Source: Paraspadella gotoi
Taxonomy: Eukaryota > Animalia > Chaetognatha
Assembly (NCBI GenBank): GCA_051294375.1
Contig: CM119267.1
Coordinates: 17,896,992 to 17,960,991 of the forward strand
DNA length: 64,000 nt
Direction of reading: 5' to 3'
The stretch's first letter is position 1. Each line of letters begins with the position of its first letter. The notes under the pieces are model-generated. The model ran no database searches and was not told the origin of the DNA. It was given only the letters and a program-made list of their open reading frames with translations. The position numbers were made by a program, and so were the translations under genes. Shown one piece after another: positions 47,334-60,767 of this stretch.

Positions 47334-48336
47334 TGCCTCGAGTGCTTGGACTCTTCGCTGAAGTGAAACCCAATAGTTGGAACGGAAAGATTTTTTTGGC
47401 AGTCACGTTTTCTGAAAGACCCTAAATCAGAAAAGCAACAACGCAAAAACTTGATCAGGGTTCAACTCGAAAGGTCTCTAAGTATTTATTTAGTTTTATA
47501 ATTTTGATATAATGAATTAGTAAACGAATTTTTGATTATCCATATTTAGAAATATTGTACGTTTCATATTGTACGTTTCATTTTTAGAAATTAACATTTA
47601 AGGATGAATAAGATTTTATTTTCACAACGAAATTTCTTATTTAAAATGCAGAAATGTTTCGAATGGTATTCCATTCTTCATCAGTGCAAAAACGAATTGT
47701 GAATTACAGAAATGAACAAACCCACTAATTACTTGAAATCAAGATATTTAGATTTTAGCTGCCGAGAAAGTCTCCAACTTTTTTTTTATATGAAGTAAAT
47801 AGTATTGAGTTGATTTCTTTTTTTTTCTTCATTTAAATGGTACAACAGAGAATAATAATCCAGATCTACTTAAATAAAGAATTATTAAATATAAAGTAAT
47901 ACTAATGCTCCAATTTTTGTTATATCTTTCTTTGTACTACAGCCTTATTGTTAAAATGTAAGTATTCTAATGCTGTTTTTTTTCCTCGAGTAAACAAAGT
48001 AACATTTTGTTTGGCATAGGCTGAATTTGAGTCACTTTTCTTTGAGTTAGTTTCATAAAGTTTAACAGTTGATGTATAAAGATAAATCTAGATTACAGCT
48101 AGCGGTCCGAAATTGTTGAGCCGGAAGTTAAGAAACTTTGGACAAGAGTACTAATGCTCAAATTAATTATACTATTTCGAATTTATCTGGCACCAAATAT
48201 TAACTGATTAAAGATTTCATTTTTTAGAGTATTAAAAATATCCAGTAGAGTTTCAAGAGTTACTAATTCAAAAGAAGACTGAAGTAATAAAAATTTTCGT
48301 TTCAAAAATCTTCAAATCACATTGATAACGACTGCA

Positions 48337-51300
48337 ATGCTATTGGACGAGGCGCTGGAGGCATTGGGAAAGACAAGAGTTTATCCCATCAAACAGATGG
48401 GGATCCTTATGTTTTTCATGTGCCTCGGAAACTACATTCAAAACAGCACCCCGCTCCTTTCTTGGATACCGCCCATGTTTTGCGCCGTCAAAAACGCGTC
48501 CGGTAGGTTGATGTCGTCACCTGTTTTGAGCGGAAAAAGACTTAAATATGTTAAGAAATGCCGTCCATCCCTCTCACTAGAGAATCCAAGATAATACATC
48601 AAAGTTGTAGTTATTAAAAAAGTAATGATAATGATAATAAAGAAATCATCAGGAATATTCCCGTACCAAGCGAAAAACTCGAAAGATGTCCAGTTCTTTC
48701 CACTGGAGACCCGCTGCAAGTTAGACGATCACGGCGACACCGTCAGCTGCACACGGACCGATTACCTCGAACCCGACCCAGCAAAGCCTCAATGCTCCGA
48801 ATTGTCTGTCGTGAAACACTTTCCTAAATGCGTACTAGGCAACTCCTGGTAGGGGTAATATATTGGGAAGTGTACATCATTAATTTAGCGAAGTGTCATT
48901 TGTTGCGTATTTGTTAAGCTTAGGAATTAGAAAATGAGTCTTTATCTTTATATTCGAAACTGAATACGTGAAAAACAAACTAAAAGGGCTCGGTTAACCC
49001 TCTCGCGAAATCACCAAAGGGCAAAGCAACCAATGCGACGGCGTTTCCTCATTAGTCAAGACTCGATGCAAGGCTTCAAGCGTATCAAACTGTGAATCGC
49101 TCCTGCCGCAAGTGCCACCTATAAACGATCTCTCCCACGGCATTTCACTCCCCTCCCCCTATTTTCCAAGCATGTACTTCGAGGCGGAGGAAGGAACGAC
49201 GACGGTCATGTCCTTCAACACCATCTGCTCGCGAGAGTGGCTCGTCAGAATGGAGGACGCAACCTTCATCATAGGCACGGCCGTTGGAAATTTTTTGATT
49301 CTCCCCAGCGCGGACACGTTGGGTAAGTGAGGTGAATCAGAGATGGTCGTTTGAATGTTGTGATTGGGGCAACCGAGGAATCAATCTGCGTCAATCGAGG
49401 CGTTGAAAAATGTTGCTGATTGAGTTACGTAGGAATTGCCTGCGACGCTGGATATGCAGAGCATCTCATAACAGGCTACAGGGGCTTTAGAACCTCAGCT
49501 CCGGTCTCGAACCTATGGTGCGTTTACCTTGACTCCGTAGCGCTTTGCCAAAAAAGCTGGTCAACTCTGGAATAAAACTCTAGTCGAGGATGTGTTGGTG
49601 TGTATCGTTGCAACAGCCGGGTTGCCTGTGATGCGGGATGCATCTCACTGTTAGCTTTGGGGGCTTCCGACCCTCAGTGACACCTCCAGTCACTGGCGCG
49701 GGTACCCTAGGGCGGTCGCGCTTTGCCAACGCAGAGGGAAGTCGTTGGGACTGAGAAAGGAAGGAACACGACGCCTGGGATGGTGTGTTCCCCCTGTGAG
49801 CCCATAGTGATTGGCTGAACGCTGATGGATGTGAGGCGGTGTGAATATACCGCCACACAACGCACTTTTCACAACGCACAATTCTGTCCCTTCCTGATTG
49901 ATTTGGTTATTTCTGAAATGAGGTTAATGTTGGTCTTTGTCGACATAGCATAGAGGATGACAGTTGACATAATCATAATCATTTGTCGCCTTAAGGTCGA
50001 AAAACTGTGCTCCTCGCGATCTGCTTGAGCTACGTCATGCTGACCTCGATGCTGTTCGTGTGTCCGTCTTCGAGTGCGCTGGTCACGTTACGATTTTTGC
50101 TCGGCATCGGGTTTCCGGGTCTCATGGGTGAGTAAAGTTTCATTCAAAATAATAAAAAAAAATTTTTTCTAAGAAAGATTTTAAAATATTTGAGACTCGT
50201 AATACAAAAAGAAAAAAAAAACACGCAGGCGTGTGTCGCATTCTCATTTTGGAAATGAATCCGCCGAAAGAACGCATGACCGTTTCCGTCCTGACTCAAT
50301 TATCGACGACCACCGGAATTGTATTGTTGCCCCTGACGTCACTAGGCAAGTTAGCATTTCGAAACAAATAAAATGGTGTACTTATGGCGACGTGAATAAT
50401 TGAGATAAGGAGACGGGTTTAATACATTTAATAATACATTTAATACGATGTACAAAGAGTTTAACATAAACAATTATAACGGTGAACGAGAAAGTATTAA
50501 AGAGATTTCGAGTTGTGTGAACGTCGTAAGCTTGTCGGCTTTTATAGCCGAAAGTCGGCCTAAGTGTCCTCAGCGTAAGGTCAGTGGCTCATCAACCACC
50601 GGTTTCCTCGGTGGCCAGAGACATGACCCACGTGACCTAAAGCGTCCTCCATATACTCGACCATCGCAGGCCTCTGAAACCTCTCTGAAACTTGTTTTCT
50701 GAAAATAAAAAAATCGAGGACATCAGTTTAACTTTAAGATACTTAAATTAAATGTTCGACAATTGTGAGAAATAAGCGTTAAAACTGTTAACAATTTATA
50801 AAATAAGCGAGCCATGATTGGTCAATGACCACAAATGGTAACAAATGGAAACAAATGACCAATCGGAGAACATTTTCACCCTTGATCATGATCCGTTTTG
50901 TGCCTATAATTATAAGTATAAATTGATTGTTGCTTTTTGCAGTAGCGCAGAGAAATCATTCTGTGTCACGGCCGATGACTTAAATTCTGCGGTATTCCGA
51001 TATCGCCTTAAAAATCCTTGCCTCATTCCTCCACTTGTTCTTTTTACCTTCAATGATGCAAAAAAACAACAACAAAAAAAACCGTGTACTTTGGCATTAT
51101 ACATTATTTTTATTTTTTTCATACCGTAATATATTAATTTTCGCAGCGATACCCTTCTGGAGGTGGTGGATCTTTTCTGTTATCGTATTTTTTTTTATCG
51201 TCTTCGGTCTTCTGTTTTGTTTATCTGAAAGTTTTCGTTGGTTGCTCAACACTTACAACAAGGACCCTATACACTACGAAAGCTACGAGATTAGCGCGAG

Positions 51301-54300
51301 GCTTATACTTCAGGTTAAAAAAAATGAACAAAGAGATCTTCTTATTCAATTATTAATAAATAAACCAACTTGGCCTGGCCTACGGACAATTGAGACTGGA
51401 CAGACTATGTGGGTTAAGCACTCAATCCATCTTACAAGATAATAACAAAGGAAGAATATATTAATTCATAATTATCGCTATTGCAAAGACGAACGGCCTT
51501 TCAGAAACTTGTCGAGCAGCGAATCAAATGCTGTCCGCTGCCAAGAAATGTCGCCGAATTGGTGACAATGAAAGAAGAGCTCGACTTTGAAGGGGCTTTG
51601 GAGATCCAGACTATAAAAGCGCAGCTATTTGCATTAACCAGAACGTCGAGCATCACTTCTAAAGGGTCAAAACTGACGGTAAAAGTATAAACGTGTGGAA
51701 GCACAACCTAAAGCTACCTCACTGCTGTTCGTCCTCAGCCTCGTCTCAATGGCAGGCTAAATCATCTCGTTTCAACCGTGCGTCCCTGGTTCAATCCCTG
51801 GGTATCCCGGTTTTGGCTTAAATGTGACGGAGCCGGTTTAAACATGCCTGTGACAGTTGGTGATATACCCCGCGCCCCGGGTATCACAGGCAATCCTTCC
51901 GTTGTCATAAACAATATTAAACAGTCTTATCGTGAAGAGGTTACACATTGCTTGTAATTAACTGATAAAATTCTGTGATTATATAAAACAGGGTACCAGC
52001 ATGGAATCTACTGAGGCGACTTACGCTACTTTTCAGACGATCGAACCAGGTTACTTTGTGGGATCAAGCCCTGGATTCGATGCCGAGCTTTTTCCATCGC
52101 ATGCAACGCGCCATTTTCGTAGTTATTCTATCTCTTACATTTAATATAATAACCAATTATAATATACGAGATAGAATATTTTTATCGTTTGTAACATTTC
52201 GTGACAGTATATCTCGATGCAACCGTAAAATTTAAAAAGATTAATGATAGTACGGTGGACTATAGTCGGTTTTGAAGGCCTCGGTCTGGCATTTTTATGA
52301 TATATAATTTAACATATTTGTAATGAGTCTTCTTTATTTAGTGACAGTCTCTTAAGATGAGGTCACATTTAAAACTTCATCAATGCAATTTTCCAATTTT
52401 TTCTTATGATTAAAAAGTAATATAAATTAAAGCTAAAATAAATATGAGGTGATAAACATGTAGTTTTTTTCTCCTTAAAATGAAATAAAATTTAAGTTAA
52501 TTCAAATATCAAAATACCACTGAGAGCTAAAAAATATAAATCAAGGATATTAAAAAAGTTGTTAAGCATTAGTCAATGTAGGAAAACAAAACCTGTACCA
52601 AGTTTTAAAGAATAAAAAAATTAATATTTTATGTTACCCATTTAATCAAATTCTTTGAATTTTATAAAAAAAACATCTCATTATTATTCTGAAAAGTTAC
52701 TAAGCATCTAAACATTAAACGAATATGAAATCTATACCATATTGAAGAGCAGACAAAATGCTACATTTTGCATACTATACCTTTTAAATTTAACTAATTT
52801 TTTTTGGTTGTGACTTTGTTAAACACTAAAAGGTAAAAAAATCAAAAGTTGATCGACAAATATGATGAGTTCATTGGGGCCTAGAAATTAATACTAAAGA
52901 TTTATTAGAAATATGTAAAATTGATTGATCTAAAAATGACAGACAGCAGGCTATAAAATGAGCCATAATTTAAGTATCTAGGGTGATGGAAATCTTAAAT
53001 ATCGCTACAAGAACTGTTACAATTGAGAAAAATCATACTGTATATTGTTTTTCAACTACAAAAATTGCTCATGAGCGTTGTATGCGATGGAAAAGTCTCG
53101 GGATCGAATTTAGGGCTTTATCCAACAACTCAAAGAAAAATATCCTGAAAACTATAATTTTAATCCGAAATGTTGTTATCTTTCTTGTGTTAGAGCAAAA
53201 AGAAGTTGTGGAATCTAAGCTTAGTGACGAACAGAAAGTTGTTGATGCCATCAATAATGGTAAGTTGTGATACTGAAAGTTAATATGTTGTCTTGTATCC
53301 TCAATTTGTTACCATGGTTATTTGGAACACTGAATTTTAAACGCCCATTTACATCTTTATTCAACATCATTGGTCACAGAGCATGAAGAAGAAATCCTTA
53401 GTGATGAAATGAAGGTTGACGATGGTGAGTGATCATAGTGTGAGACTTGATGATAATTTGGAGTCTTAATTTATTCAGTGTTTAGTTAGACAGAGATTTC
53501 CAATAAAGTGCGTAAAATATATTCTTTGTTGAGATTTTTGAAAACCATTGATCATCAGAAGGTGGCCGGCAGTTAAAACTTGGCGTTAAATCAGAAAGTA
53601 TCATATTGAAAGGACCCGAACCAAAGCCAAAAAAGAAAGTAAATGGTAATAACCGTTTTATCCAAATTATAGTTTTGTTTTTTTTTCTTCCTCATAGGGA
53701 ATAAATAATCGATATTTAAGATCATACTGTATTTACAGTTCTATACCGATGTCTCGCTGTATTTATGTTCATGAGAACTGCTTGCATGGCCTACGAATAC
53801 AGTCTGAATCTGAGTGCTAACCAACTATTTGATACCAACAGGTGCGTCATAAAACCTTCCATTCGCAAGGACTTACCTAACAAACAGAATTGGAATGCTT
53901 TAGGTTCGTGAGCATGCTCCTACTTGGTTTGGCAGAGTATCCGTCTCCTTTTTTTTGCATTCTTTTTGACAAGAAATGCCAAAGGCGGACTGCTGGCTTC
54001 TTTGTATTTATGTTATCCGGTAAGTAGTTTTATTTTTAAATGATTAGTTTAATTTTTATGACCATTTCGGTACAAGTTTTTTTGAAAATCATTTTGCAAT
54101 TGTGCTTCCGATGATCCACTATTTTTTTTTTCTCGCCAGGCGTGCCGTTCATCATTGCTGGCATCTGGTATTTCATAACATCGAAGCTTCCGTCTGCCTT
54201 GGAGTTTGTCGTGTTTATAGTCGGCAAGACGGCGATATCCATGGCCAACATCCTGAACTTTCTTCATCAGTTGGAGGCGAGGAAGGGCGTGGTTGAGTAT

Positions 54301-55511
54301 AAAATAAAAATTTAAGAACAAATATATAGCATTAGAAAGATTACAATTTTTTTCGCCAATGTTCCGCTTGCCTCTTTTTTATAATATTAACGGATGAAAC
54401 GGAGTGGGGCATTTCAAATTAGGTTTTTCCGACGGATGTTCGCGGCACGATGATGGGAATAGTCAACGGGGTGGGGAGAACTTTGACAATTTTTGCGGCG
54501 TTTACGTGAGTCTTACATGTGTTACAAGAGAAAACAGAGAGTAAAAGAGATAAAAAAAGAAAAAGAGGGAGAAATAGTGAGGAAGGGCAGAGAGAGAGAG
54601 ACCAAATAACTGCAGGAAATTGTCATAAACTTTCCAAAGATAATAAAGCGGAAACTTTAATTTAAAAATCGCTCAAATTTAACTATTTCTTCTTTTTTTT
54701 TAGACCGACGCTTTTCGTCAAAAACGAGGGAATCATATTGCTCATCCTGGGAGGACTGATGATCATATGTGGGTCTCTAGTTTGGTTGTTGCCCGAGGTA
54801 GGTTTAAAGTGTAACGTCACATCGAGGTTCGTATTCTAACAGAGGGATATCTCTGTTGTCATGATGAGATTGAGATTGAGGAACTCAATCTCATTTCAGA
54901 CAATTAACAAATTAATCTGCTACAGTTTTACCTTTTTTTTATTTTTATTTTTAGGTATATCAGCCTTTTTCCTTCCCGAGTAAGAATTTCAAATTAAATT
55001 AAATTATTATTAAATTATTAAATTGTTATTAACAAAGTTAATTCCATCTTTTAACATTTTATTTAAAAATCGTAATTTATCTGATGATGTATGAAATGTA
55101 TAATGTACAGTTTTGTACACTTTGAACAGCTAATAATAAATTTGCAGAACAAAAACAACAACGACGTAAAATAACCAAGAAAAGAAAATAAAAAGTCACG
55201 GTTTAATCAGTAAATGAGTAATGATATATTTTTTCGATTTTTTTTTATTGCATTTGAGCAGACGAAGGGATTGGTGCTTCCGCAGAACCAAGAGGATTTG
55301 AACACGATTCACTCATCGACCAAAAGCTTCATGACTGTGATGAAACTTAGAGGCAGGACGTCTAGAGCACCGACAATCAAAAGTGGAGGATTGGGAGGCA
55401 AAGGAGGTGAGAAAGAGAGAGAGAGAGAGAGAGAGAGATTTTTCGCTTAATTTTACATTTTTTAAACCAGGTACTGGCGAGGTTGATGTCGAGGAAGCCC
55501 CAACGTCATGA
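48337..55511 (+). CDS. SLC22-like (organic cation/anion transporter family) MFS transporter, divergent, about 692 aa
   Basis: 18 phase-consistent exons: 48337-48502, 48653-48848, 49171-49322, 49996-50127, 50229-50345, 51147-51313, 51505-51678, 51992-52049, 53194-53259, 53380-53424, 53559-53645, 53739-53841, 53904-54019, 54140-54276, 54423-54505, 54704-54797, 55262-55406, 55471-55511. SLC22 motifs: MLLDEALEALG, TTVMSFNTICSREWL, ADTLGRK, LRFLLG, SESFRWLL, EVFPTDVR, LLPETKG. Confidence 0.88.
51735..51900 (+). mobile_element. Possible tRNA-derived SINE fragment in an SLC22 intron
   Basis: B-box-like GGTTCAATCCC at ~51788 in a GC-richer intronic island, and a downstream hairpin TGCCTGTGA...TCACAGGCA. 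No clear A-box or tail. Confidence 0.3.
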
Positions 55512-55799
55512 CAAACTGGGTCCCCGTATTTTGTAATACAACTAATGTCACAAAATCGCGTATTTGAACGAATGTGACCATGGTAATCTCGACCGTTTAA
55601 TGTTTTCCCTTTTTGTGATTTTCGGCAGTTTCATAAATTTACGTTAAATGATCCAGAAATAAAAATGCTTTTGATAATAATATTGCGTTTTTATGTTTAG
55701 ATGTCTAATTGATGTATTTAAATTTATCTATAATTTTCGTACAATGAAAATCGAGAAAAACAAAAAAAAAACTTCATTGGTGTAATACTTTGTCTCAAG

Positions 55800-57957
55800 T
55801 CAAAGCTGGACTTTGTCTTTGTTTTCGCCGCTCGCCACTTCATTCTCTCCGCGCTTCGCCCAATTCTGAACTTCTCCGGCAGAGCCGAACAAAAAGGCAA
55901 CGAGACCCACGCCGAGTAATCCTGCGCCAAGAAGAAAAAGATTGCGCCATCCGCGGAGGCCTGGGTCAGCGAAAGTAAGGGCCCCCATGGCCTCGGCGCC
56001 GAGAAAGCCTGAACAAGTGCCGAAGGTGTTGGCTACACCTTGGATGATCCCGGCAAAATCCGGCGCAATGTCCAAGGGATTCACCATGTAGCTGGAAAAG
56101 AAGGGGATGATCGGATGAGTTCCACTTTTCTCCTGGCCCTGACAACGGAAAGTGTCACAATTTCCCTTCCCACCCCTCGACGCCCTCACCCCGCGATGCT
56201 TCCGCCGAATCCCCCGGCCGCAGCGACGATGAGGACGACCCCGACAACGTGGTCGGCGCCCACGAATGCGAGACCGATGAAAGCCGCCAACGTGAGTCCG
56301 AAGGCCAAAGAGTTGAAAAGCCGGCGGACGAAGAGGGTGGTGAAACAACGAGCGCGAAGGCTGTCGGCCAATTGAGCCGACGCCAGCATGACCGCCAGTT
56401 GAAGGAGCCAGCTGGTTTGTGGGTGGCAGGAAACGGAGGTCAAATTGTGTCAATTTTTTATTGGTTTATGGAAAATGGCTGTTTGTTAACAACTAACTTA
56501 CGACATCGCCAACAAGAATCCGTTAGCCCGGATGTCGTAGCCGAGAATGTCCCTCATGTATTTCGGAGCCGACGTCGAAAGCGTGTAGGAGGCCCAATTT
56601 CCAGTGAAGCTGGCGACACAAACGACGAGGACGTGCGGCGACGTCAGAAGGCGGCGCCAAGGCGTCTGAGGGCGCCGGTCAGGAAGATCGTTGGCGCCGC
56701 GGTTGGAGGCGAGTGAAGTTTCGATGTAACTGCAGTCGGGAGAGGATTGAAAAGGGGTCATAATTTATATAATGTTTTAAAAAGAGGGGCAATTTTTTTA
56801 TCGAATATGGATTATGGAATATGTAAAATTTGGATAAGAGGTCAGAAATTTTTGAGTATGCTGTTAGCATTGCTGTTACTGTTAACGGATAATTACTCGA
56901 TCCGGTTTCAGTATAATAATATGAAAAATATCACCGGATGTAAGTTTCGTCCGACGCCCTCCTCCTACGTCCCCACTTACGCCCTCTCATCCTCTTTAAT
57001 CATCCGGCTTGTGGCGGGGGAGTCGGCAACTATTAAGATCCAGAAGAGAACCCAGACGATACCGACGACGCCGAACGAGTAAAAGACGACGCTCCAATCC
57101 GCCGCCTTCAGAATGACGCTGGCCGACGTCAGCGCCGTCACGAGACCGAAGTTGGCTCCAACCATGCACACGGAATACAGGAAGGAGCGTTCGAGCGGAG
57201 GAGCCCAAAAAGACATCATACCTTGCATCGTGGGGATCATCACGCCCTGCGGAGAGAAGCGGGGTAAAGAAGAGAAAACCGTCGGATCATTTTTTTTTTC
57301 CTATCTCACCTGACCAACACCTCCGACGAAGCGCGCCGCCCACAACGCGCGCCACGACCACCGCGCCGCCACCGGCGTCGCCAGCATGGACGCCGAGGAG
57401 ACGAGGGAGCCGATGGCGTAGACGAGGCGTCCTCCGTAACGCGAGGACAGCGCGCCGCCGGGAAACTGCGTAGTGGCGTAGCCGTAGAAGAAAGCTGCAA
57501 GGACGGAACCTTGGACGCGGGAAGACCAGAAGAACTCGGCGCTTTGATTGATGTTGGATGAGGTGGCGTTTGACGCCGTAGTGGTTGATGTGGTGACCGG
57601 TGAGACGATTGTGATCGTCTGAACGAACGATCGATTGGAAACGTCGGCCTTTGTTCGAATTCCGTTCACGATCGAATCGTCCAACCAAGATTCGTTCGTC
57701 GGCGCGCCCCTAGGTGTCTCCAGATTCGCATCCTTGCCTACCATGGCGACGATCGCGATAGACAACGCGACCCTCTGCGCGTAGAGGACCATGTTTCCGG
57801 TAAAAATAAGCGTCACGACCGTCAGGCGAGTCGAGGGAAAGAGCGGCGTCTTTTTGAACGACGGCGCCGAATTGACTGGTTTGGGTTTTGCCGTCGTAGG
57901 CGATGTCGGCGTGTAAGCGTCGGAGGTGTTGAGTTTAGGCGATTTGGAGGGCGTCAT
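55800..57957 (-). CDS. SLC17-family (sialin/VGLUT/Na-phosphate cotransporter-like) anion transporter, about 551 aa
   Basis: Five GT-AG exons: 57957-57310, 57246-56981, 56729-56502, 56411-56190, 56091-55800, all phases consistent. Family motifs: YAQRVALSIAIVAM, FFWSSRVQGSVLAAFFYGY..TQFPGG, WAPPLERS, TPWRRLLTS, VNPLDIAPDFAGIIQGVANTFGT. Confidence 0.93.
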
Positions 57958-58101
57958 GGTAGAGCGGGAATCGGGTTTGATTCTCTGTTCACAGGTATTA
58001 AATCTAATTCACCAAATATTAGGAATAAATTTCTATGTATTGTTTTGACCTCTTTAATATTATTTATTATATAGATATTAATTTTACGATTTTTAAAATT
58101 A

Positions 58102-58555
58102 TATGAAATTGGTACAACCAATATAAAAAGTATCCATTCATTTAATAAATAAGCTATCTTGCCCCTGACTTTGGACAGGCTTTAGTGGTTTAAGGCCTCC
58201 ATCACTCTTACAAGATAATGACATAGCAGGTCCCTGCAAGCTTTCAATCAAGACTCTCTCACAGTCTAGTTTATTCACTCCCAGAGTACCTGGCTTCCCT
58301 ATCAATGAAGTGGTATAATATTTCAAAGAATGTTTCAATTGTATGAAAAGATCACTCCCTTAAGTATTAGATCGGGGAATACTTATTGTACTCCGCACTA
58401 GCATCAAAATACAAGGAGCTGAATTTTATGAAATTTGTACAACCAATATAAAAATTATCCATTCATTTAATAAATAAGCTATCTTGCCCCTGACTTTGGA
58501 CAGGCTTTGGTGGTTTAAGGCCTCCATCACTCTTACAAGATAATGACATAGCAGC
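58102..58555 (+). repeat. Dispersed repeat family, ~320-bp unit in tandem (about 1.4 copies)
   Basis: TATGAAATTKGTACAACCAATATAAAAA.TATCCATTCATTTAATAAATAAGCTATCTTGCCCCTGACTTTGGACAGG occurs at ~58102 and ~58427, followed by (GCATA)n. Confidence 0.85.
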
Positions 58556-60767
58556 ATAGCATAGCATAGCATAGCATATCGTTATATCAAGAATATCACA
58601 CATCGTAAAACAAAAAAGATAACACACGAAACCAAAGGCAAAGAAAAAGGGAAAAAAATATTAGAAAGTTGAGATGTAGCCAAATAAAGTTTCAGATATG
58701 AAATTACTCGTCTTGTTTCACATAGCATAATGGAAAAAATGCTATTTTTCAGCATTGTAATGTGAGGATCGAGAAATAAAACTTATATATTGAGAAACCT
58801 TGGCCTTTTGTGATTCATATGAGCTGTGTCTCATTTATGTACGACAAAAAATACAAGAGTTCCATTCATAAAAAATTAGTTATCCAAAAAAATGCTTCCT
58901 TCTTTTTGTATCTTTTTCATATCTACACATCATTTATACTAATTTCCGGTTCCTTTTTATTACTTTTTGAGTTAAACCGTTAAGTATTAAAAATCCCTGC
59001 CTTCTCTCAGTCTCATGTCAAATAGTTATAGCACCATTAGGATAGATTCAGGGATGAATCTTAATTCATATATCAAAAAAATAGCGGCATCAAAAATATA
59101 TTAATGCTGTAGATGTTCCAGAATATTTTGTTTATATTATAAAATCTCAATGAAAGTTATAATGCTCCGGGTAACCTTTCTATGAGCAAAGTTATCATTT
59201 TTATTTACCTCTGGATGTATTATCAGAACCAAATATCAAACAAGTTTTAAAAAAATCCAGATTTTGTTGAAATGAGAGACAATGCATCATCACATTATGT
59301 ATTAACAACTCAAGCCTAGTTTACTTCATAGGGGATCAATCTTTTTTACCGCTTCCCAAAGACCATTTTTTGCCATAAATCTGATAAAAAAATTATGTCA
59401 GAGATATAATATTAACAATAATATAAATAGTCCTCTTGATCAAAAAGAGGTGAAAACAGTTGGAGACAACCTCTTTTGGAACTATTTAAATGTATTAAAT
59501 AATTTTATGCTGTTGAGAAATTATCTTTTTATTCAGTCCTAAGGAGTTCATATTACATATTAAAACCTATTTACCGGCAAAAAAATATATTTGACAATGA
59601 AATTAACCGACCTTTCCAAACCAAGCCAATTTTTTTCCCATCGTATCTGGTTTATTGAGAACAAAATTTCGCTTTAAATTTTTATTACATAGTTACGAAC
59701 CAGGCAGTTCAACGAAAGTGGATCAGGGGTCGCGAATCGAAAATACGCGAACATCGCAAGAAATTAATCCGCGCTCGGAGTGCGTAACAAATTATTGTTG
59801 ACCACCGATTGCTTTATTATCTATTTCAAAACAGATGTACCCTATCTCGTACCTAATGCAACTAATAGTACTACTACTATACCACAAAAATCACTGAAAA
59901 CACTCAATATAAATTTGATAAAAATTAATCTTTTTTTAAAAAAAAATATTTAGATGAGATGACAGATGAACGTTTTACTTTTAGGGACCTTTTCTCATTG
60001 ACGAGTAACTGTCGACCAAATTTGGGACAACAACGACAACAACTACCGAGCGAGGTCAAGATAACCGTGAGGAGGAGGAGGGGGAGATTTTTGTGGAGGA
60101 GGAAATAGGGGAGAGAGAAGAAGAGAGAGATGAGAGGATGATAAGCAGACTTCAGACATCCACTTGAGCCGCCGGTAACATGTCTGGGGGGAGGGAGAAC
60201 GGGCAATTTTTGTTCTTTCAAAAGCGAAAGCTAAATCAACAGCGACAAAGAAGCGCTTTTTCCCCCTTTAACGATTTTTCCCTTTCTTTTAACAAACTAT
60301 TGCTTGAACGAATACCTTTTAAACATTTTAAATCTTTTTCTGTTTTTGTTTCTGTTTTCAATTCTTGTATGTATTTAAAAAAAAGGCCATATTAGATATA
60401 AAAGATTTATTGGTGAATTGGTGTTGAATTAAAACAAAGGCGAAAGAATGATTCCTCGATTACTGTTTCATTCCAGATGAAATAAGAAGGAATCTAGGCG
60501 TATAGTTAAAAATCTCTTACCGAATATAAAAAGGCTAAATTGATTTGAATTTTTGCTGCGGAAATGTACAGTTTTTTTAAGAAAATCACACCTTTAAAAA
60601 AATAAAGATAGTATTCGTGAAAAAGATACGGAAGAGTTCGCAGTTTGCCGAGAATAAATGTAAACAAAAAACACAGTAACAACGAAATTTCACCGTTGAC
60701 GATCGTACAAAAAAGGAATTTTTTTATGTACAAGAAAATCTATGTTCTTTTGTCGAAATCCTCCCCG

